Assembly (NCBI GenBank): GCA_037379345.1
Contig: CM074523.1
Coordinates: forward strand, 2,426,525-2,490,524
Direction: 5' to 3'
From: Perna viridis
Taxonomy: Eukaryota
DNA length: 64,000 nucleotides
Positions 26,501 through 41,500 of the stretch are shown in pieces. Position 1 is the first letter of the stretch, and each line of letters starts with the position of its first letter. Under the pieces are notes generated by a model. That model did not search any database, was not told where the DNA came from, and was given only the letters and a program-made list of their open reading frames with translations. The position numbers were made by a program, and so were the translations under genes.

Positions 26501-29500
26501 TGCAAAGAAGTAAAAATTGTATGCATAAGTTGATTTATTGAAAAATAATAGGCTATGCTAGTACTTAAAAAAGAGGATCATTTTATGAACGATTTCTTTT
26601 TCTTTTTGTGCAACATCATTACAGATCCATCTTTTCTGATTAATCAGACATGATTTTACAAGTTGAAGTGGAGACTGGGGGTAATATCATCACTGTCAAA
26701 TCTGGCATGTACCTACCAGATCTTAATCCCACTTAAAAATCAATGTCTACTACAAAACTGATATAAAGAAGTATTTGTCAGTAAGAGATCTTTGCAATAT
26801 AAAGTATTATATACAGAAAAAAAAACTTTAAATATATGTACAATCTTCCAGTTACCAGTAAGGACATGGTACAGAAGCGATGAAAACTAATCCAATTTAC
26901 TGTACCCAGTGTTAACTTACTCTGAACAGGTATCCAGTACTAAAGCCCTTGGATGGTCATTGACCTCAAGCTGTATGACCTTTTCAACCTCTCCTTTCCT
27001 GGTTCCATTGTCATGTAGCAGCACACGACAGATTGAGGAGTTAGTATAACTTGTATAGTACAAGTATGACTTCTTATGATTATCCATAAATGCTAGTCCT
27101 TCAGCAGAACCTACAGCTAAAATGACGTAAGAAATAAACAAACCCAGTTTAAATCTCTTCTTGTAGATAAATTGTACTGTATGCTGGGTAATATTTGTAA
27201 GAATAGTATCATCTAAGGTTTTCAAAAAATATGAAAAATTCTAAAACTTTCATCTTTGAAAAAAAAATTTAATATAACTCAAATAATCAAATAAATATAT
27301 CATACCATCAACAACAACAGTGAAATCATTTCCTTTGAAGCTCACAAATTGTATGTCCCCACGCTGAATGTCACTGAAAAACAGACGCTGGTTCCGTACA
27401 TCTACAGTCATGCCAATAACATTCTTTATATGGGTGTCACTTTCAATTTTTCTTAGAGGGCGCTGTGGGTTGTTGGCATTTAGGTATGTACTTTCAATTG
27501 ATGTGACTTTGGAGTAGAGCAGATAAACGTCATTCTCTGTATAAATACAAACAGGAGAAATACAAATATAAACAGGAGAGGTTGCTTATCTGATAACCTT
27601 TTGAACAGTTCATGTGGGAGAATGTCATTGACACTGTCTCATTAGGAAGAATCCTCTCCATTGATACTGTCTCATGTGGGAGAATCTTCCCCATTGACAC
27701 TGTTTCATGAGGGAGAATCCTCCCCATTGATACTGTCTCATGTTGAAGAATCCTTCCCACTGATACTGTCTCATGTCGGAGAATATTCCCCATAATGACA
27801 CTGTCTCATGAGGGAGAATCCTCACTATTGACACTGTCTTATGTGGGAGAATCTTCCCTTTTGACACTTTCTTACATGGGAAAGTGTTCCCCATAGAAAA
27901 TGTCTAATATGTTTTTTTTTGTATTTTTCATAGAAAATATACCCATTTTAACCCAAATCCCCTTCAAATCTTACATTTTTTATGGTTGAGATTCTAAATA
28001 TTTCATTTAGTTTGAGGGAGTCTCCTAATGTCAATAAAAAAAGGAGACCATAAACAGAAGGAGCAACAAGATACTAATAATCAGTGGATCAAAAAAATAT
28101 ATGAAAAAAATCATTGTCTAAAATATATACACATTGCTTTTCTTTCTGTATATATAACCTTGCACTATGACCTACTAACCCCAAAATCAATTGTTTTCTA
28201 ACTGATACATGTGTATACAAAAGCACAAATAGGTACAAAACTAATGTTTAATTGACATATGGATGTATAGATGGAAAACCAAACAGGCATAAAATTCATA
28301 CCTTCACAAGTTAGTCCATCTTTACTGAGTTTACTATAGGAGCAGGCACACTGTTTATCCATACCACCTTTATAGAAACATAACTGTTCACAGCCACCAT
28401 GGATTTCCGCAATACATGGATTATTTCCTTTAAAAGGTTACAGATGGTTCAAAATTGATATTTCCTAACTATACTTAAATGTCATCTGACATTAATATTG
28501 GTCTATAGCACATATCTTACAAAATCAAGGTCAGGCTCTGACATCAGAGATTGTCTTATTGCCTGGGACAAGTAAAATTATAATTCTGACATGTAAACAC
28601 TCAATTACACATACCAGAATGACAGCCAAATTTAAGGTATTTTTCAACATGACAAAATTGATTATTACAACTTGCTTGATAGAAATGTTCACCAATTCTT
28701 AACTTCAAAACTTGAAGGCTATTATCCCAAAATTTGTATGCTTGTCGCAGGTTACTAAAAGGGAAATCAAATTCTAAGAAATTATTAAGAACAAATACAT
28801 GCTTAAATAAATAGATAACTTCCCATCCGGCTAGACCCAACAGGGTAGTCAAGTACGTTAAAAACCCTCTCAGTCAGTATAGAAATAGACTTGCTCTATG
28901 TATACATACCTGTTTTGGGCTGTAAACTCTGATCAAATGCCTTGATGTCTGTAATTCTGTCTTTGAGGTTCTCCCTTAGAGTTTTAACAGGGCCATTTCC
29001 TTTCTTATCTGAGTATTTGATAGAACAGTTCTTATTCTTCTCTCTACAAGCAAAAAAGAAAAAAGACATGAAAGTGAAATGTAGGTAATTATAAATACAG
29101 AAATCAAACATGCGTACATTGTATAATATATACAGTGGTAGAGAAAGAAGAGGAACATAAGTTATAGCAATGTCCCATGTATGTAGAAACAGGAATGGTT
29201 CAAAATTGTTTTGTCATAAAGGATGTATTTCATAAATGACAAATTTTTGGAAGTTTTTGTTTGAAATTATTAAAGCAGATGCACAATGTGTGTTCTTAGA
29301 AAAGTTATACAAACACTTGTTTATGCTAGTTGGTTCAGAAATCAGCAATATACATGTCATAATATACCAGTGCATTTTAAAAGTGTCAAATATGTCATTT
29401 GAGTATAAATAGCACCATCCCTCATAGGCAAAGTCTAAAATCATATTAGGATTATATGTAAATCCTAATGTTGTAAAAACAACCTCATCTACAAAATAAC

Positions 29501-32500
29501 ATGTCAGGTCAAAGGTCAATATCTAACTACCTGTTCATCTAATTTTTTATTTTTTTAATCCTCAAAATCTGTCCTATTTTGAAATAATAAAATAAGAAAA
29601 ACTTTGTGGGGGTATTTTGGGAACTCTATGATTTTTATCGGATGAAGCTTTATTTAGATAAGTGATATAAATAGATAAACTTACATCTGCGCCCAATATA
29701 TATTTTCTTGGTAGACCGTCAGAGCCAAGCATGTCTCTACCTTAGAGATGTTCAGTTCGTTGTGTTTAAATGATGTCAAATTTAACTTGTTGAATGTCTT
29801 CACGGATTCACTCCACCAGTACAAGCTATTTGACTGGTAGTCTAGAGTTAGGTGTTTTGGACTCTGGTTGGTGGTGACAAGTTTTTGTCTGTTACTGCCA
29901 TCCATTCGAGCCCGTTTAATTGAGGTATATAGGCCTGCATAGTTAATCCAATAGATGAACCTGAAAAGATTTTAATCTTCTTTGTAATTTTTGTACAGTT
30001 TCATTTCTTATTTCTTTTGAGTAATTTCCTCATTTTCTACAAAATTCTGACATGATTGTTAAGTAAGCGATTAATGAGATGTGAGCAGTTTTAGATGGTC
30101 AAAAGAAAAATTGAAAATATCAAAGTGTAATCTGAAAATAAAAAGATGGCATGGGAACTATCCTGATCACTATACAACTCTAAAAATGTGAAATAAAAGG
30201 AAGCATTCGTTTACCATGCATTTAAACGCATGAAAGGAGCATTCATTTAAACGAACAATGGAAGCGTTCGTTTATCGTGCATTTGGTGAGCGTTAAGCTG
30301 CATTTGGGTATCGTGCATGCGAGAAACCTAAACGTGTCAAGGAATGTACAAAAAAATTTTCCTGAGCCACTCTTCCAACTATTTCTATGAGTGTATATAT
30401 ATGCACAACCATTGAATCAGTAGCTTACCCATTGACAGGATCAGCAATCACTTCTTTAGGTTTCTCCTGCTCACCATGGACAACAACATATCTGCTTCCA
30501 TTACCATTCAGACTGGCTACTTCAATAATATTGTGTCCATCATCAACCCAGTACAAGTTTTCTGTAATGATTTACAATTTTAATCATTTCAAAAGACTGT
30601 TCATCCACACCAAAAACACATCTTGTAAATATTTTCAAAAATATTCTATTAACTGAATTCATCTTGACCCTTGACTCCTGATGCTGTAAAAATACTGCTT
30701 AAGGTACAGTTTGCATACCAGCTAACCCTCCCATATATGGTGGGGGAAGAGTCCAAAAAAAAGTATTGAAAAGATAAAATTGTAAAGTTTGTGGGAAATT
30801 TTTGATTAGTACTACATTTTCTGCAAAAAATACTAAAAAATTGAATTTTTACATCAAAAACTTGCTTTTACATTAAAATCTTCCTTTTAAGACATTGTCA
30901 GTGAAGGAAAATCTCCCACATGAACTATTCCAAAAGTACAAGTATGCTGCATCAAATGAGTAACAACAGGCATTCAGACATACAAGACTTTATCTACATT
31001 TTGTGATAATTCCAAAGGTGACCTTTTGCTGCAGTTTTAGAACTAAATGATAGCTTAGGACATTGTCTCATGAACACTTATAGTTAGACAAGCTGAGCAT
31101 AATTTTTTTATTCTAGCTCATAGAAAAAACACAGAGACAATATTGTGACTCTGAGCAAACCAGTGGTCACTATATCTTCTATATGATGCATGCATCAAAT
31201 AACCAGAAAAACAGTAAGTACCAATTTTTAAGAGTAATCAAGGGAACCAAGGTTATAGCGGTAATCAAAAGAATGTAATCCAGGGACAAAGACCAGACAT
31301 GGGAAACAGACAAACACAACAAAGAACATAAAGTAACTAAAATCATACATACAAAGTAAATGAGCAACTCGGACTCCACTAAAAACTGGGAGCATGGACC
31401 AGGTGCACTGGTAGGGTAAGCATCCTCTGCTTTTCTAGAAACACCCGCCGAATTGCTCATAAAAAGTCAAGTCCGGGGTAGACAAACGAGGAAAGGAAAA
31501 CTATGACCCGTTGAATACATCAGTTTTCATGGTGCTGATGGATACACCATAACGATCCATGTAAGTCTTTCATATAACTCAACAGCCACATATGAGGTTA
31601 GCATGCTACCACAAAATCACCAAGGATGTTCCAATAGAAGATTTTATTACCTGCCACCCAGTCAACAGCAACATCTATTATGGATCCAATATCATCATCA
31701 ATGATCGTCTCTCGCTCCTTGAGATCCCGTCCAATACGAGATATTTTCTGAGACTTACTGTCCCTATCCATCCAGTAAATATGATCTTGTTTCTTACTGT
31801 TACCATCTGTAAAGGAAAACAGTAAGTAGAAAAAAAATGAGTGTGGGAGTTTTCAACACATTTGTGAAATGTTTCTGACAAAAAAACTATATGACTTTAT
31901 GATAACTGAAAATTTGAAAATTATTGCAACCATGCATTCAAAAGAAAATTGACATTTTGCTTTGAATTTGACTTAGTGGTAGACTGAACCTAAATGAAAA
32001 TGAAAAGTGGTACACAACTAACAATATTTTTAACATATAATTGTACATCAATACTACTGAAAAAATAATTAAAAAGCAACTTATATTATAGAGTTACATT
32101 GAACAATCATGTTCCACTGCTACATGTAGTTCTTTGTATACAGATTTTTAACAGTATTGTAGATCATTGTATACTTACATGCTATAAAGTCCACAGATTG
32201 TGCCATAGATATTTTAGATATAAGAGGTAGGGCCTCTGAAAGCTGGTTAGGATCATATTGTATCCCATGTATCGCTGTCTGAGTTGAGTAAATCAGGAAT
32301 GATTCGATACCTGTAAATATAAATCATTATATTAAGTAGCAGTTACACTAAATAAAGCAAGAGGCCCCTGAAAGCTTATAATACTGACATAATTAAAATA
32401 ATGACAAAAATACCATATCATAATAATAGAAGGACAATTCAGAGACACCAGACTCCAAACACATGGCAAAAATGTGAAAGCAGAAAACAGAGACAATCAC

Positions 32501-35500
32501 ATGCACAATGTACACAACAGAATAAAAAAAATACTTATAAAAACTGAAGATAAGAAAAACAAGACATCACACAAAAACACACTAAAGCACTTGCGGCATG
32601 AACACAAGAAAACAGCAGTGATATCAAGTGTTCTGGAAAGGTTAAAATGTCTTGCTATTCCAGCAACATGGTTTCATGGCAAATGTGAAAAAAATCCAGT
32701 AGGTATCAAGTTAAGCTACTAAATGATATATTAATAAAGGGTGACAACAATAGAAATTTGACCTATGACCTAAGAAGCACTAACAACCAAATTTCAGTCT
32801 GACAAGAAGTTGTAATGATCATTAATAGCTTTGGATCTTTAACCAAAACAAATTTTTCACACCTTAAAAATTTGATAAATTATGAAAAAAAATCTTAGTT
32901 AATGTAAAACTGTAAAAGGCATAAAAATATCAATATATTTAACTTCAATCTTCTTCAGATTACAACTGCCTCATATTAGAGATACTCAACATCAAGGTTT
33001 TCATTTTTATTTCATTAATATTTTAATTGCTAGTATTGTCTGAAGTCAAAGCCTTGTATCCTGCTGCCAGCAAGAAAAAAAGTAGGGTAGGTATGTAGGA
33101 AAATAATTTCATTTAAAAAAAATTTGGTCAATGAGTCAATGAGGAAACAACTAGACTTCAATGATTTTTGAGTCAAAATGGCCATAAAATGTATAGGGTA
33201 GGCACAAAAGGGTAGCTGGAAACAACATATTATTTGTTTTGGTCTGACATCTGAAGTGGTATTGTGACTTACCTGTACAGTCAGTTTGATTGGTCAATTT
33301 AAAGCCTGCAGTACATTTACACACTCGTGTTAGTGGACCATTGGGCAAACACAGCTGTGAACATCCCCCATTATTTGAAGTACACAGGTTACTTCCTGCA
33401 ATATATAAACATATCTTAAAAACAGAGCTTCTAAGTCTAGTTGTCAAATTATTTTTTAATCTGAATATTGAGTATTGAAAGCATTAAATACTACAGATGG
33501 ATTTATTTGTATTCAGCTTGCTACTTTCATCACCATCAATATGATGAACAAATATCAGAATTTTCTATTTTGTGATATTTCCATACTTATTTTAGTGTAA
33601 AAATAGTAAAGTGCCATTGATTTCATTGTATTTATGTATGAAGTTTTCATTGATAAGACTGTTGTCTGTACTCTATTAACAATCACATCCTTTGTTATCC
33701 TTGTTTTCCATGTGACGTCACACTTAAATTTGATTGGTCAATTGAAGGAAATTAGATTGAATGGAAGCCGTTCAGAACTACAAAGTCCATATGCCGAGAT
33801 GGAAAAATTCATATTTTTTAATCATAAATATCTTCGAATATAAAAATCAGAATTAAAAATGCTTTGGATTATCTGTTCAAAGGATCGTTTAAAAGAAGAA
33901 TTTTAACCAACAAAGAAGAGAGCTACTACAGACTTTGAAATAGCTTTCAGGGTTCTATGTACGTTAACCAATGGCACATTTGAAGCTTCACCTCACTATA
34001 CCTCCTAGATCTCTAAGTGCTCAGATGTCAAGAGAAGAGAATTGAATAGGATTTAGGGACCCTTTCTCATGATTTTACAGGTTCATGTGAAAAGACTTAC
34101 AAGCTCCATTAGAACAAGACCGAGCCTATAACGAATCTCATACAGAGATTTCCTCAAATCCTTCCATTCAAATTAAGATCTATCAATTCACTTGAAAATG
34201 AAGTTTTGAGGAAAATTTCATGAAACCCAGGCCTGAAATATCACAAACGTGAAATTAATCATGAAGAAATAAACTGGACTACAAATTTCCTCCCAGATAT
34301 GATTGTTTTGATTGTTTTTCACTGTTAATTTCAACAATTTTCTGATATTCTTTTCAGGTATCAATTTCAAATAAAATAAGTCATAATTAATTCTGAACTA
34401 TGATGGTTTTCACAACAAATAAAAGTAAAGTTCCTTGTTAACTGAACTGTATAAGGTATATAGCCTATTAATCTCTTCATTAATCAACCAGTTGAACTTA
34501 TCTATTTACATACTTCATTACAAACAGCTACACTTGCCTTTTTGCATGTCCATGTCGTATACCTGCATAGCTTCAATTTCCGGAGTTTTGTCTCTTAACA
34601 GTTTTACACTTGACCCAGTTTTGTTCATAGAATAGATGGCATCATTGCTGGCAACATACATGACTCCATTTGGTGCTAGGGTCAAGGCAAGAGGCTTGGT
34701 AATTTTATCATGTTTGATCACATGACATGATGCTCCATTAGTGTCACATGACATTACTGAGTTTTCATTTCCCCTGTTGACCCAATATAACCTCCTTGAT
34801 TGGATGTCAAGCTTTAAACCTGAAATATTGATGTGGAGCCAACATGAGAACTGGAAATAACAATTTAGGAAGCATTAAAAATGAAACTAGAAAAAATGTA
34901 AGCAAATATCACCCAAGGTTTAATACTAACCCCTCCCCCATCCCGCTATATAATTTGGTCAAATTGTAAAATAAGTTCTTAAACAGGAGTAAATGTTGCT
35001 CCACAATGAAATCCAATACCATAAAATGGCATTTTTATATGAAGCTTCTGTCAAGTAATTATGATGAGTAGTTGTAGAGAAAACAGTAACCCAAATTTTG
35101 TGGATGGTAAACAGACAAACATGCATACAGACATCATAATAACAAAATACCCCCTGCACATTGGGGTATATTATAAAACAAGTTTATTTTTCTCAAAGAA
35201 AGGTATACGTTACAATTGATTCCATTAAAAACATGAAATGCTTCCAAACCCCTGTTAAATGTATGTCCAAGTTTCCAATAAACCTTCAGAAATTAAAGAT
35301 TTCCAAATACATCTCTTCCAAATGCATGATCAGATTTTTTTAAACATAAATTTCTCACATTAATGAGATGGTTTTCCAATGGACAAAGAGTCAGAAAATT
35401 AGTACAAGCGAAGTCCTTTTGCACCAAAGTTTTCGAAAAGTGCAAAAAAATAGATTCCTGTATAAGACACATTAAATTGGTACATACTTGCAGGCATAGT

Positions 35501-38500
35501 CAGGTTACGTATAATGGGAGTAATCTCTGTACCGTCCATCTTTGATCTATAAATAGTTGCTTGGTTTGAAGTGTTGCCAACATCTGACCAAAACATCAGC
35601 CTTAAACATATGTTAACATTTATAATAGAGTTGGAAAAAAACAATTATATATTAATAGATAATTTCACATAGTAGCATTATGTACATGATAATACAGAAA
35701 CATTCAGATATTTTGGAGTGCATTTAATGCATTTTTGTGATTTCTGTTTAAAAAATGAGATTTTGAAAAAAACAATTACAGCATACTTTAAGCCTTCGCT
35801 GGCATGGGAAAACATTGTACAACCTAAGAATTGGGATTTGTCAGAAACTTCAATTAATACCTACCCTTCACTGAAAAATACAAACAGATATTATAGTCAC
35901 AACCCTCCCAGATTACCTACCCTTCACTGTTGAATATAACCAGAGAGTTGGGATTTGTCAGAACCCTCCAAGAATACCTACCCTTTACTGGTGAATATAA
36001 CCAGAGAGTTGGGATTTGTCAGAACCCTCCAAGAATACCTACCCTTCACTGGTGAATATAACCAGAGAGTTGGGATTTGTCAGAACCCTCCCAGAATACC
36101 TACCCTTCACTGGTGAATATAACCAGAGAGTTTGGATTTGTCAGAACCCTCCCAGAATACCTACCCTTCACTGGTGAATATAACCAGAGAGTTTGGATTT
36201 GTCAGAACCCACCAAGAATACCTACCCTTTACTGGTGAATATAACCAGAGAGTTGGGATTTGTCAGAATCCTCCAAGAATACCTACCCTTCACTGGGAAA
36301 TATAACCAGAGAGTTGGGATTTGTCAGAACCCTCCAAGAATACCTACCCTTCACTGGTGAATATAACCAGAGAGTTGGAATTTGTCAGAACCCTCCAAGA
36401 ATACCTACCCTTCACTGGTGAATATAACCAGAGAGTTGGAATTTGTCAGAACCCTCCCAGAATACCTACCCTTTATTGAAGAATATAATCAGAGTTTGGA
36501 TTTGTCAGAACCCTCCAAGAATACCTACCCTTTACTGGTGAATATAACCAGAGAGTTGGGATTTGTCAGTACCTTCTATAAATACCTACCCTTCCATGAA
36601 AAATACGACTGAGTTTTGTCAGAACCCTTCCACAAACTACCTACCCTTCACTGGGAAATACAACCAGAGAGTTGGGTTTTGTTAGCCCATTAGATATGAC
36701 TTCAGCTCTGTAAGCTCCATTCAGTTGAGCCACCGAGATGCTAGCTTTGTTACCACCATTGGCAAAGGATGAGAAATACATGTTGCCTGACATCCAGTCA
36801 ATAGCAAACCCTTCTGGATTCGAGATTCCTAGGAGAAAATGAATAAAATGATGGTAATGCAATCTGTAAAAATGTACTTTGGTAGTTATTGGATATTGTT
36901 TGAGCCAGAACATACTAGGAGAATAAAAATAATACTGACACACTCACTGAGTTCATGCTTTGTGGTGGAGCATATTTATTCATAAATCCTTGAGTCCCTT
37001 TAAGGTAACCAAGGATCAAAATTTGTGAGGTGTAACTTCTCCAAGGATTAAACTTTGCAAGGTGTAATTTCTCAAAGGATTCAAACAGAGGAGACAAGAA
37101 AGTCAATAATTTTGAAGTGTATAATTACCATTTAGGTTTCTTGGTCACAAAAATGCAGCACATATGGATGGAATGCAAAAAAAAACAACTACTTTATTTC
37201 ATACTGCAGCCCCTAAAGCCTTGACGCTAAAAAATATGATGACTTAATCTATGATACAGAGCAAAAAATTTAACTTTCTTAGACAACAATGTATATAAAT
37301 ATAAGAGAAAAAAGCCTGAATTTCTTGATTACTAGAGTATTACCTGAGTCAATAATGGTCTCCACATTGGATCCATCGTTATTAGCACTGTTTATAACAT
37401 TGAGATTCCTATCTGCCCAGTACAATTTTCCTGCTTTAGAGTCATAATCTACAGCTGTCGGCCGATCAACATGAGGTACTGTTATCGTAGGTATCACACT
37501 GAAGTTGGCATTGGACAGATCCACACCTCTGATTATATTACTTCTCACAAATAACAGAAACTTATTATCAGCTGTAATACAACCAGAGGACCATCTACTT
37601 ATGACATTCCAAATATCACTTATAAAAATGTAGGTTAATCTAAACTATTCCCCTCCATAGAAATCATATAGATGGGAAAAAAAACAATACTGGAGGTACA
37701 CAATGTGATAAAGAATAAGTCAACCTTTCACCAAATTTCATTTAGCAGTGAGAAAAAAAATTAACCTCTGAGATAGAGTAATCAAGGGAACCAAGGTTAT
37801 AGCGGTAATGAAAAGAATGCAATCCATGGACAAAGACCAGACATGGAAAACAGACATACACAACAAAGAACACAAAGTAACTAAAATCATACACACAAAG
37901 CAACAAAAGTAAATGAGCAACTCACTCAGACTCCACTAAAAAATGGGAGCATGGACCAGGTGCACTGGTAGTTTAGGAAACAAGTTTGTTTAAACCTGAT
38001 TTACATTAAAAAGATACCTATCTTCTTCATTCCTCACAAAATAGTTTTAATATTTCCTGGTTGACATATTTTTTCCTCTGCTTTTCTAGAAACACCCGCT
38101 GAGTTGCTCAAAGGTTGGTTTTTGACAGCTTGCACAAAGTGCAGCAGGACCTGAGGGCCAGATTTTAAAAATGTGTAGATTTCATGGCTGTTATTATAAA
38201 TAATTACAAAGAAAAGTGTGTCAGCAAAGAAATAAATTATCAATTAGTAATTAAATGGAGAGATCGAATAACCAAAATATGATCAGTGGTGCCCAAGATA
38301 TACCAAAGCAGACTTGAACCATGTAATAGTTAATTCTCCTTGTAATCTCAGCACAAGTAATTATATTGTGGTTTTTTGTGATACCAATTAATTTTTTATT
38401 TGTAATATATACATAGATATCTATGTAATACTGTGAAAGTACTTTAATTCGTGAATACAACCATTTCACTTACCAACACAGGTCTTCCCATCGTCACTTA

Positions 38501-41500
38501 ATTTTTTAAGATGTGGACACAAACATTTTCCCACATTGTTGTAGCCAATCAGACATAAATGAGAACAACCACCATTGTTGTCACATGGGTTTTGGATGGA
38601 TGGTTGTCGCATGGGATGATAAACTTGAAGGTCAAACGGCTGGGTCATCGTCTGTTGAATGGTTGTTACATTGGCACCACTGAATTTGTTAGCCTGAAAT
38701 AAAATCACAACTTAAGATTGCATCAACACAGGTAGAAAATATAGATTCACCTACAGTAATGAGTGGTTCAAATTTGAAATAACAGGAGATGGTGAAATGA
38801 TAATCTCTGATAATGATTTAAATATCCTTCCCTTTGTTACAGAGTAATTTGAATTGTTCATCAACAGCTTAGAATGAGCTAGGAAAGGGGGCATTCCAAT
38901 AAGTCTTGATAGAAGGTGCCGGCGAGATTCTTTAACCCCACCCTATTCATATATTTTACTTTTGAAATAATGTAGACCTTTTCATATTTTTTGTCTGAAA
39001 AAAAGAGACCTAATGCCATATATATAACATGTATATAACATGTATAGGGAGTGATCTCTTGATTATGATACACTACGACATGTAATAACAACATTTATCA
39101 TACATTATGATACACTACGACATGTAATAACAATATTTATCATACATTATGATACACTACGACATGTAATAACAACATGTATCATACATTATGATACACT
39201 ACGACATGTAATAACAACATGTATCATACATTATGATACACTACGATATATAATAACAACATGTATCATACATTATGATACACTACGACATGTAATAACA
39301 ACTTTTATCATACATTATGATACACTATGACATGTAATAACAATATTTATCATACATTTATTCTACATTTATCATACATTTATTCTACAAATACAAAAAC
39401 AATTACAGCAGATGAAAGAACAAGAATTTTTTTTTTTTACTCTCCACATCATTAACAATGTAAACTTATTGACTTACCATAAATTTATTTTTGTTATCCC
39501 CACAGATTCACATACTTGCAAGCTGGAAAATGGTACCTATTCTAGCAGCACGTCTTATCATCTTACATATAGAAACAGCCCCCCTCCCCTCCCCCACCAA
39601 AGTGCATTGGTGTATCATTGTATTACTATCAGACAGGGTCACCATGCAGACAGGGTCACCATGCAGACAGGGTCACCATTCAGGCAGAAAATGTAATCTT
39701 CAAATCATAGTACATCAATAAGATCAACGTGTAAGTTCTAAATTCAGCCAAAAACTTGATATTTACTAAAACAAAGTCACGGATATTAGATTCTTTAGAC
39801 CACCTTTGTGATTCCAGATCGATCAAGCACTGCTTTTAGAAATTATATTCATTTATAACACCTACCCTCATCAATGAGTTAGTTCCCCAGTCAGTCCAAT
39901 ATACATAATTGCCAAACAATGTCAGAGCAAATGGATGCCTTATACCGCTGTGATGTTTCAGGATCAGACGATGATCATGTCCATTATAGTCAATAGTATG
40001 GATGGAATCAGACCTGGATGACAGAAAAAAGATGTTCAAACTAGAATTACTGTAAGATATAAAAACGTTTACCAGTATGTATACATATAAATACTGAAAT
40101 TTTTATTTGATTTTTTTTATTTTATACCTAAACATTCCAAGTCAGAAGTTTGAAATAAGATGCTCAACAACATTTACAAGCAGTGAGACAGTACTTTGAC
40201 AAAGTAAAACATGAAATACTAATTCCACTTTTTGTGAATCGCTTCAGTTGGATTATCTCCCTAGGCAGACATTTCTCAACAATTATCTCCCTTCATTCAT
40301 ATCTAAATCTACATTGACTACGAAAGTCTTGTACAATTTATACAAGTTATCGCTTGGAAATGAACATGTACAAGAAAAAACATGTATATTACAAGACCGA
40401 TATATACCTTGCATCAATCCAGTAAAGTCTTCTAAAATCATAGTCAATAGTGAGACCATTGGGCCATCCCCCTCCTATAATTCCAGAGATATTGAATATT
40501 ATTCTCCTGTTCTCTCCTGCCATAGAACAGGTCTCAATCCTAGGAAACTTGGCATCCCAGTCTGTCCAAAATAATGCCCTGCAAAACAAACAAACAAAAA
40601 TAATAGATTATTTCATATATTATTATATATACATTTTGTATATTTTTGTACGCATGTTTAGCTAGTGTTTCATAAGCTTCTAAAACCCAGCTGTATTCAT
40701 TTTTGCTGTAGCTAATTTTTGGGGATTCTGTCAAGTGAACATATTCACAGGTAATATATTTTCACAGTATAAAAAATAATTAGTGTTATATAGGTTTAAA
40801 TATCAGTTTAAATTTGTAACTGTGTAAATCATATCGGGCTGCACTTAAAAAAAAATATATCTTTTCTATTTATTAAGCAAACTAAGATGATAATCTACTG
40901 CTTTACAGTAATATTTAAATAGGAGACTTGGTATGATTGCCAATGAGACAGTCTTCCACTAAAAGCCAAGCGACAAACAATTTAACTTCAACAGGTCACC
41001 ACAGGGTCTTCAAACCTTTACCATAAAGTAAACTGTAAAAGGCCTTATCTCTGCACTCCAAATCTTGGAATTCCTAGTAATCTTATTAAACCATCCTCTC
41101 GGCCACATATTAAAAGTCTTGAAATGTTTCTTCTTACAACAAGGTATTATTTGAATTTGGAATTATTTTGGATTTATGAAAATAAGTACTCAAATAATTT
41201 ATAAAACTTATCCTCCAAAGGGAGTTAGTCATGCTGTCATGACTAAAATTTTGTTATCCAACTAACATCATCCCTTAGCCATGCCGGCACGACTAAACCC
41301 CTTTAGTAAGAGTTTGTTTTACAAACTATAATTCCAAATTCAAATAATACTTTGTTTTACCCTTCTCTTGGGTCCAAAACAATAGCTCTAGGACTAATCA
41401 TATTGCCAGCTATCAGTGTAGTTCTGTTAGAACCATCCAGCTTTGCTACTTCTATCTGATCTAGGTTGCTCTCTACCCAATAAATATTCTGTCCAATCCA

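Noticed and set aside
31179-31460. Similar short hydrophobic ORFs at 31179, 37738, 49053 and 50609
   Set aside because: Translations of the same non-coding interspersed repeat, not a gene family.
35820-36640. Regularly spaced repeats resembling a CRISPR array
   Set aside because: No unique spacers, eukaryotic intron context and no cas genes; the units are full tandem copies derived from the adjacent exon junction.
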